Below are positions 57,680 to 64,000 of a stretch of DNA of 64,000 nt, one piece after another. Position 1 is the stretch's first letter. Each line of letters starts with the position of its first letter. The translations under genes were made by a program, and so were the position numbers. The stretch is from an uncultured Thioalkalispiraceae bacterium (GTDB lineage: Bacteria > Pseudomonadota > Gammaproteobacteria > UBA6429 > Thiohalophilaceae): contig CAZEPW010000012.1 in NCBI GenBank assembly GCA_964514215.1, positions 834-64,833 on the forward strand. The letters run 5' to 3'. The notes under the pieces were generated by a model that saw only the letters and a list, made by a program, of their open reading frames with translations, was not told where the DNA came from and searched no databases.

Positions 57680-58377
57680 TGATAGAGCAATTCACCTTGG
57701 TAAGCGCATTATTAGCCGGTCTATTCGGTGGTGTGCACTGCGCCGGCATGTGTGGCGGTATTGTTAGCGCATTAAGCATGAATGTGAATCCCGATGCGAC
57801 GGCAACACAAAAAAATACGCCCAATAAATTTTTAATTTTACTATTTTATAATCTAGGTCGAATCAGTTCTTATAGCCTCGCCGGGCTGCTCGTGGCAGGT
57901 GTTACGTGGTGGTTGGCTAATTGGTTGTTTATTAATAAAGCGCAGCTCATTTTACAATTAATCGCGGCAATAGTAATGTTATTACTCGGATTATATTTAG
58001 CCAATTGGTCGCGTTTATTAACATTACTTGAAAAACCCGGCAATGTTATTTGGAAACGCATCGAGCCATATGGCCGTCGTTTTATCCCGGTCAGTCGCAA
58101 ACGCGATGCCTTATTATTAGGATTTATCTGGGGCTGGTTACCCTGTGGTTTGGTTTATAGCATGTTAATTTGGTCGATGAGTGCCGGCAGTGCCACTCAA
58201 GGCGGTTTATTAATGTTAGCTTTTGGCATCGGAACCTTGCCCAACTTATTATTAATGGGCATGTTCGCGCAACAGCTCACTAAATTTTTTCAATTAAAAG
58301 CAATACGAATCATTGCCGGCTTGGTGATTATGAGTTTTGCGGGGTTGATGATTTATCGAGTGCTAAATAGTATTTAA
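57679..58377 (+). CDS. DsbD_2/TauE-like membrane protein with HCxxMCGG motif (COG2836-type)
   Basis: GGVHCAGMCGGI in TM1 and WGWLPCG in a later TM helix. TAATG overlap with the ampG stop. Confidence 0.7.
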   Translation: MIEQFTLVSALLAGLFGGVHCAGMCGGIVSALSMNVNPDATATQKNTPNKFLILLFYNLGRISSYSLAGLLVAGVTWWLANWLFINKAQLILQLIAAIVMLLLGLYLANWSRLLTLLEKPGNVIWKRIEPYGRRFIPVSRKRDALLLGFIWGWLPCGLVYSMLIWSMSAGSATQGGLLMLAFGIGTLPNLLLMGMFAQQLTKFFQLKAIRIIAGLVIMSFAGLMIYRVLNSI

Positions 58378-58492
58378 ATTGATTAATGAATTAAATGTTA
58401 TTGCAAAATGCTAACAAGCTAGAAACGTAATGTTGCTGCTACCAAATGGTCGCTTGGATATTGTGTCTATGTACTTTTAGCTCCGCTGGATT

Positions 58493-58960
58493 TTAGTTAT
58501 TTTCTAACATAGCTAAAATTTCATTAATCAGCGTTTCTCGATTTTCGTGCAGACGTGTTAATAAATTGGCTGGTGCTCCAGTGATGATGTTATCCGGTAC
58601 GTTGGCTTGTGGGTTGTATTTTACACTCCATTCAATCATATCCAGTATTACTGGAAGTAGTGCTTTGCCTTTGTTGGTGAGTTGGTAGGTAAATTTTGAT
58701 AAATTATGGCGGTCTCGTTGTTTTGTAATGAGATCGTTCTTTTCTAATTTTAACAGACGGCTTGCTAAAATGTTGGTTGATATTTTCTCTGCTGAATTTA
58801 AAAATTCTCCGTAATGGTTTTTTTTCTTAAATAATAGATCCCGTAAGATAAGCAGGCTCCATCTATCCCCAACTATATCCAGTGCATAGGCTATTGGGCA
58901 TTTAGTGGTATTTTCGTTATTTTTCATAAGCTTGAAGTCTAGCATAAAAATAGCTTGCAT
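58493..58960 (-). CDS. HxlR-family transcriptional regulator
   Basis: CPIAYALDIVGDRWSLLILRDL...ISTNILASRLLKLEKNDLI winged-helix pattern. The start may be the M at 58927. Confidence 0.88.
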   Translation of the reverse strand: MQAIFMLDFKLMKNNENTTKCPIAYALDIVGDRWSLLILRDLLFKKKNHYGEFLNSAEKISTNILASRLLKLEKNDLITKQRDRHNLSKFTYQLTNKGKALLPVILDMIEWSVKYNPQANVPDNIITGAPANLLTRLHENRETLINEILAMLENN

Positions 58961-59063
58961 AACACAAGTGCTTTAGCTACACTTATTCTACTTGCATTAT
59001 GCAAGTGATTTTGACATTAATAACGTTATTTATGTCAGGATTTTACTGATTGAGGTATTAACG

Positions 59064-59462
59064 ATGACACACAAAATTATATTTGTATTAACACTAATGT
59101 TGGCAGGGCGGGCTATGACTTTGTTTTATATTACGAGTGCAGGCGGAGCGATGTTAGGTGATCCTCCGATCGCGTGGTTAATGCCACTGATTGGCGATGC
59201 TGTGATTGGTATTTCAGCATTATGGATTGCCTTTTTAATAATGAGAAAAACCGGGTTGTGGGTGTGGACAGTCATCATAGTATGGAATTCACTCGCTATT
59301 TGGGATGCGTTATCAGCCTATGTGGTTTATAAAACAAACCCTTGGCCAGAATTTTTTATGATTGAACTTGCTGGCTCATCAATGTTTTTTGTCGCTAGCC
59401 TCATTCACATAGGAATAATTATTCTTGTTTGTCGAGCCGATATGAGAGCGAGATTAATATAA
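59064..59462 (+). CDS. Four-TM membrane protein, divergent from the HxlR regulator
   Basis: GAGG SD before the ATG at 59064. 132 aa, hydrophobic and Trp-rich. No motif recognised. Confidence 0.6.
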   Translation: MTHKIIFVLTLMLAGRAMTLFYITSAGGAMLGDPPIAWLMPLIGDAVIGISALWIAFLIMRKTGLWVWTVIIVWNSLAIWDALSAYVVYKTNPWPEFFMIELAGSSMFFVASLIHIGIIILVCRADMRARLI

Positions 59463-59502
59463 TCGAGTATTTTCTAATATTATATTCTGTTAAAATACCC
59501 GC

Positions 59503-60867
59503 ATGATTAAAACACCTGAATTATTACTGCCTTCTGGATTGTTAAAACACATGCATTATGCTTTTGCCTATGGTGCCGATGCGGTTTATGCCGGTCAGCC
59601 ACGTTATAGTCTACGGGTTCGAAATAATGATTTTACAATACAAAATCTTGCTCAAGGCATTAGCGAGGCACATCGCTTAGGGAAAAAGTTTTTTGTTGCC
59701 AGTAATTTATTAGCGCACAATACTAAAGTGAAAACCTATATGGCTGATATGGAGCAGGTTATTGCTTTGGCTCCCGATGCCTTGATTATGGCTGATCCGG
59801 GGTTAATCATGATGGTGCGAGAGCGTTGGCCGGATATGCCGGTGCATTTGTCAGTGCAAGCGAACACCACTAATTATGCTTCGGTTAATTTTTGGAAATC
59901 GATAGGCATTAGTCGGGTGATACTCTCTCGCGAATTGTCGCTTGATGAAATTGAAGCGATACGTCAACAATGCCCCGATATGGAGCTGGAGGTATTTGTC
60001 CACGGTGCACTTTGTATTGCCTATTCAGGACGGTGTTTATTGTCAGGGTATTTTAATCATCGAGACCCCAATCAAGGTAGTTGTACCAATTCTTGTCGCT
60101 GGCAATACAAAGTGCATGCCGGAGAAGAAAACGAAATAGGCGATATTGAAAAAGCACAAAAAATAGAGTTTGATGCAATGGCCTCGATACAAACACCAGA
60201 ATTATTTCCACAAGTAGCTAATGAGCGACACCCTTTAGCTGACAAGGTGTATTTGATAGAAGAGGCTGGACGTAAAGGTGAATTAATGCCGATTATAGAA
60301 GACGAATTTGGCACTTATATTATGAACTCCAAAGACTTACGTGCCATTCAACATGTCGCGCGTTTGGCTAAAATGGGTATCGATTCATTAAAAATTGAAG
60401 GTCGTACTAAATCACATTATTACGTCGCAAGAACGGCGCAATTATATCGTGCTGCTATTAATGATGCCGTTGCTGGTCGTGAGTTTGATGCAAGCTTATA
60501 TGGTAAGTTAGAAGGTTTGGCAAATCGGGGTTATACTGATGGGTTTTATAAACGTCACCCAAATCAGAATTATCAAAATTATTTAAAAAGTCATTCCGTG
60601 AGTTCCAAGCAACAGTTTGTTGGTGAGGTAATATCCTATGACAATGATTCTGGTTTGGCCGAAATTAGGGTTAAAAACAAATTTGCGGTTGGTGATGAAA
60701 TTGAAGTCATTACCCCCGATGGCAATCAGACGGTTGTATTAAGCCATATGGAAAATGTAGACGGAGTTGCCATGTCAGAGGCTCCCGGCAGTGGTTATAC
60801 GGTACGAATTCCATTATCCCAAGCAAATTATGAAAAAGCGTTATTGGCGAGGAATCTGGCACAATAA
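59503..60867 (+). CDS. yegQ: U32-family protein YegQ/TrhP (tRNA uridine-34 hydroxylation)
   Basis: PELLLPSG...MHYAFAYGADAVYAGQPRYSLRVRNNDF closely mirrors the E. coli YegQ N-terminus. 454 aa. Confidence 0.85.
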   Translation: MIKTPELLLPSGLLKHMHYAFAYGADAVYAGQPRYSLRVRNNDFTIQNLAQGISEAHRLGKKFFVASNLLAHNTKVKTYMADMEQVIALAPDALIMADPGLIMMVRERWPDMPVHLSVQANTTNYASVNFWKSIGISRVILSRELSLDEIEAIRQQCPDMELEVFVHGALCIAYSGRCLLSGYFNHRDPNQGSCTNSCRWQYKVHAGEENEIGDIEKAQKIEFDAMASIQTPELFPQVANERHPLADKVYLIEEAGRKGELMPIIEDEFGTYIMNSKDLRAIQHVARLAKMGIDSLKIEGRTKSHYYVARTAQLYRAAINDAVAGREFDASLYGKLEGLANRGYTDGFYKRHPNQNYQNYLKSHSVSSKQQFVGEVISYDNDSGLAEIRVKNKFAVGDEIEVITPDGNQTVVLSHMENVDGVAMSEAPGSGYTVRIPLSQANYEKALLARNLAQ

Positions 60868-61073
60868 TTAGCTGTTAAATAAAGTGTATATTGTTCCCTC
60901 GGTCTTAATTAACTAAATTAGCCTAATTTTTATTAATTTGATGAAGATCATGTGTTTGTCGCACACATCGAATATAATGATATTCTAATAATCTTATGTT
61001 CCTAGTCTGGTATGATTGGTTTATTGTTGTCTATTTCAAGCTAATCAGACGTTTCGTTTGTTCCTACTACATT

Positions 61074-61583
61074 ATGTTTTTACTACAATTTCAAAAAGTA
61101 TTTATAACGCTTCTCTTTATTTTTTCAGTTATTGTTCATGCTGGCGAAAGCGCGAAACCAATAGCAGCCGTATTAAATGATAGTCGCGTTACAAATCAAC
61201 AAGCACTTGATTTGTTAGAGAATATTTTTTCGTTGGAAGAGTCTTTAATACAGCCGGAAAACGATCAGTTAGTTGTATTAATGAAACAAGAGTTAGGCGC
61301 TCAAATTTTATTAACAAAAATAAAGCTGTCTATCGATAAAAAATTAGTTAAAACATATCAGTACAAAGGTAACGATCTTGAAAAGTTAATGAGCCGGGGT
61401 GTTTTGAGATTGGTGACTTTATTAATTACTCCCGGTGTTCATACGATTGATATTGAAATGTACAGCCTGAGTCATAGCCCGATTAAACAAACGTTGACGT
61501 TTAAGAAAGACCTGCATCCCATGTTTGTTAGTTTGGGGTTAGTTGGAACGCAAATTAAATTAGATAAATGGAAAACCCATTGA
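61074..61583 (+). CDS. Secreted hypothetical protein
   Basis: The internal ATG at 61074 gives a signal peptide (ITLLFIFSVIVHA-GES). It overlaps the downstream TPR gene by 16 nt. Confidence 0.55.
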   Translation: MFLLQFQKVFITLLFIFSVIVHAGESAKPIAAVLNDSRVTNQQALDLLENIFSLEESLIQPENDQLVVLMKQELGAQILLTKIKLSIDKKLVKTYQYKGNDLEKLMSRGVLRLVTLLITPGVHTIDIEMYSLSHSPIKQTLTFKKDLHPMFVSLGLVGTQIKLDKWKTH

Positions 61584-64000
61584 AAAAATTTAATTTTTTG
61601 TGTTCCTTGCTACTCATTAGCGTTACATATTGTGCCTCTTGCTCCGTTTCGTTGGCCGATAATCAGAATGCATTAAACTCAAATTATGTTAAAAATTATT
61701 TGCAATGGCAAATAATGGAGCCATTCTTAATGAAATGGTTAGCCGCAAAAAATGGCAAAGGTTCTGTTATTCAGAGCTTGGTCTATTCACATTCGCAGTT
61801 ATCTAAAAAAGACATTGTATCAAGCCTTAATACTATTACAGTTAAAACCACGATAGCAAAGACTTTACTGATTTCAGCAGAGGCCATTTCAAATAAAAAT
61901 TACCAATTTGCAAAGGATATTCTGTCTAATATTGAAGATGGTAGTTCACCGTTGCAGCAAGATATTATTTTTATAATGAACGCAGAGTTAGCGTGCAATC
62001 AAAATAAGTGTGACTTAGCCGAAACGATCTTAGAAAAAATAAAACCTTCATCCGCTGTCTATTTGTTAAGCCAACTCAATATAGCATTATTCAATATAAA
62101 AAAATCCAACTATAAAAAATCTACCGAGATCATTGAGCGATTAAATGACCGTGATTTCACAAAAAAAATAAACAAGCAAGCTAAAGATTATCTGAAATTA
62201 GTGCAAGCCTTTAATTTGGGTATGACTGGTGAGCTACAAGCTGCAAATGAGTTGCTTGATACTTTTCGTTCAGACTCGATTTTATATCAGCAGTCGTTAG
62301 TAGTTAAATCTGAAGTGATGTTGAAAAATAATAAACCAGAATCCGCATTACTAGCATTATTGACATTACGACAATATCAAACGAAATCCAATAATCTTAG
62401 TTATTCCAAGATTAAAATTTTAACGATATTGGCAACATTAAATGAGCAATGGCAGGAAATCACGTTGCGAGAACAATTTATTGCTGATTTATTAAACTTA
62501 GTTGATAGCAATAAAAGAATAGCAAAAAAAATAACATCTACTGCTTATTATAAACGGTTAATACGACGAACTAAGCGCAACGAAAAAATAACATTAACAA
62601 AAAACCTTAGCTGGAATAGTTCACAATTAATAACAGAAATTCAGAGAAATAATCATTTACGAAAAATGCTATTGCAGAGTCAAAATAATATTAATGAGTA
62701 TAACGTTATTTTGAAAAAAGGACGAAAATTTTGGTTAAAAAAACTGGGGAAGTTTGTAAAAAATAGAAAACAACGTAAATTAAAAATTAAAGCTAAAGTG
62801 ACAATCGCTTACTTGGAGTCTTTATTAACAAAATTGGTTGGTGTCCCAACAAGCAATGCGATGCGGTATAAATTGCTGGATGGTCTTTCGATATGGGTGA
62901 ATAATAAAGGTTTTGAACAACGTTGGTGGATTAAACCCAAAATTAGTTCTGATTCTAAAACGAAAAAGTATTTAATGAAAAAATACAAAAAAACGAATAT
63001 TGTTAAAGCTCAAATAATGCTTGTTAAATTACTTAATATTCCAAAAAAGCAACGGCAAATTTTACTTAAATCGCACATAAAGCTATTGTCTGCTCAGATG
63101 CGTAAAATTCCTAGAAAATTAAAAACAGTTGTAAGAAACTTGAAAAAACAAAAGTTGAAGCTTAAAGAAAAACTGAAAATATCATTACTGGAAGATGCCA
63201 ATAATTTAATAAAAAAGCCAGAAATTCAATTGCTGTGGTTAATAAAACAAAATGTATCTATTGATAATGCCTTAAATAAAAATCAACACCGATATTTTTT
63301 AAAGAATAAAAAAACAGTTGTTTTACTTGAAAAAGCTATTGAAAATAAACCAATATTACTTAAACATACACTTAAAGCCCTAAAATTTCTGTCGGGCAAT
63401 GCACGAAGCGTGCTAGTTAAATCAAAGGCGATGTTTATTCTGGCAGATATCCATGTAAAAAATGTTCAGCGTGTCAAATTTGATGGCTCTAAAAGCCAAT
63501 ATCCCATAAAAGGTGATTTGTCAAAAGCCATTAGCTTATACCTAAATCTATTACGTGACAGGAAGAATAAACTCAACCGAGATGAGTTAACATACCAATT
63601 GGCACGCACGTATGATTTAGTTGGCGATCTGAATCAATCATTAACTTATTTAAATCAGTTATCAAAAAAATATCCGTTGTATACGTTAGATGGTGAAATA
63701 AGCTTTCGTCGAGCTGAATTGAATTTTAGCTTAGGAAATTATAAAACAGCATCTGAAATATATTTGTCACTTCAAAATAAACCATCGTCTAAATTTCTAT
63801 TTAAAGCCAAGTATAAACTTGCCTGGAGTTATTACAAATTAGCGCAGTATGAAAAATCAATAGATAGTTTTTTTGAACTAATAACAAAAAAAAAACAGGA
63901 TAAGCAAAAATTTCAAAATGGTTTCTTAAATGATATTGTAAGAATTAGCGCCATTGCTTTTTCAAATATAAATGGTATTGATAGTGTTAAATCATTTTTT
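61568..64000 (+). CDS. Large secreted TPR-repeat protein, partial (continues beyond window end)
   Basis: By manual reading, the frame is open for 811 codons from the ATG at 61568 to the last base. It has a signal peptide (LLLISVTYCASC), a K/R-rich helical middle, and clear TPR-like repeats at the end (YQLARTYDLVGDLNQSLTYLNQL; FRRAELNFSLGNYKTASEIY; YKLAWSYYKLAQYEKSIDSF). It is missing from the track because no stop codon lies in the window. Confidence 0.8.
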   Translation, partial: MENPLKKFNFLCSLLLISVTYCASCSVSLADNQNALNSNYVKNYLQWQIMEPFLMKWLAAKNGKGSVIQSLVYSHSQLSKKDIVSSLNTITVKTTIAKTLLISAEAISNKNYQFAKDILSNIEDGSSPLQQDIIFIMNAELACNQNKCDLAETILEKIKPSSAVYLLSQLNIALFNIKKSNYKKSTEIIERLNDRDFTKKINKQAKDYLKLVQAFNLGMTGELQAANELLDTFRSDSILYQQSLVVKSEVMLKNNKPESALLALLTLRQYQTKSNNLSYSKIKILTILATLNEQWQEITLREQFIADLLNLVDSNKRIAKKITSTAYYKRLIRRTKRNEKITLTKNLSWNSSQLITEIQRNNHLRKMLLQSQNNINEYNVILKKGRKFWLKKLGKFVKNRKQRKLKIKAKVTIAYLESLLTKLVGVPTSNAMRYKLLDGLSIWVNNKGFEQRWWIKPKISSDSKTKKYLMKKYKKTNIVKAQIMLVKLLNIPKKQRQILLKSHIKLLSAQMRKIPRKLKTVVRNLKKQKLKLKEKLKISLLEDANNLIKKPEIQLLWLIKQNVSIDNALNKNQHRYFLKNKKTVVLLEKAIENKPILLKHTLKALKFLSGNARSVLVKSKAMFILADIHVKNVQRVKFDGSKSQYPIKGDLSKAISLYLNLLRDRKNKLNRDELTYQLARTYDLVGDLNQSLTYLNQLSKKYPLYTLDGEISFRRAELNFSLGNYKTASEIYLSLQNKPSSKFLFKAKYKLAWSYYKLAQYEKSIDSFFELITKKKQDKQKFQNGFLNDIVRISAIAFSNINGIDSVKSFF

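Overview
This is a visibly AT-rich gammaproteobacterial chromosomal segment made up mostly of housekeeping genes. Gene order resembles Pseudomonas and Oceanospirillales-type genomes. From left to right it contains:

- a TonB-dependent receptor cut by the window edge;
- the complete cbb3 oxidase locus ccoNOQP-ccoGHIS;
- a roughly 6 kb block of uncharacterised genes (VWA protein, coiled-coil proteins, and an ExoVII/XseA-like membrane protein);
- rpoH, a PleD-like diguanylate cyclase, and ftsXEY;
- an M16 peptidase pair, rsmD, coaD, ferredoxin, ggt, a DSF-synthase-like crotonase and mutM;
- a GldA/F/G-type ABC system;
- a c-di-GMP cluster (globin-coupled GGDEF, hydantoinase-family protein, EAL-HDOD);
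- HPP, hsp20 and patatin;
- rpmBG-radC / coaBC-dut-algC-argB-slmA;
- pyrE, xthA, ampG, an HxlR pair and yegQ;
- a secreted protein plus a large TPR protein that runs off the right edge.

I found no rRNA, tRNA, CRISPR array, transposase or integrase.

The most unusual items are:

- a convergent pair of two-gene modules at 11.5-15.5 kb: a VWA protein with a TM coiled-coil protein, facing a motif-degenerate, membrane-anchored XseA-like protein with a helical partner;
- a roughly 110-150 bp hairpin-containing MITE-like repeat family with at least 4 intergenic copies, one in the rpoH upstream region;
- a roughly 430 aa membrane sensor-like extension fused to AlgC;
- an orphan plus-strand terminator in a 640 bp ORF-free gap.

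All functional calls come from motif recognition by eye. No database search was run.
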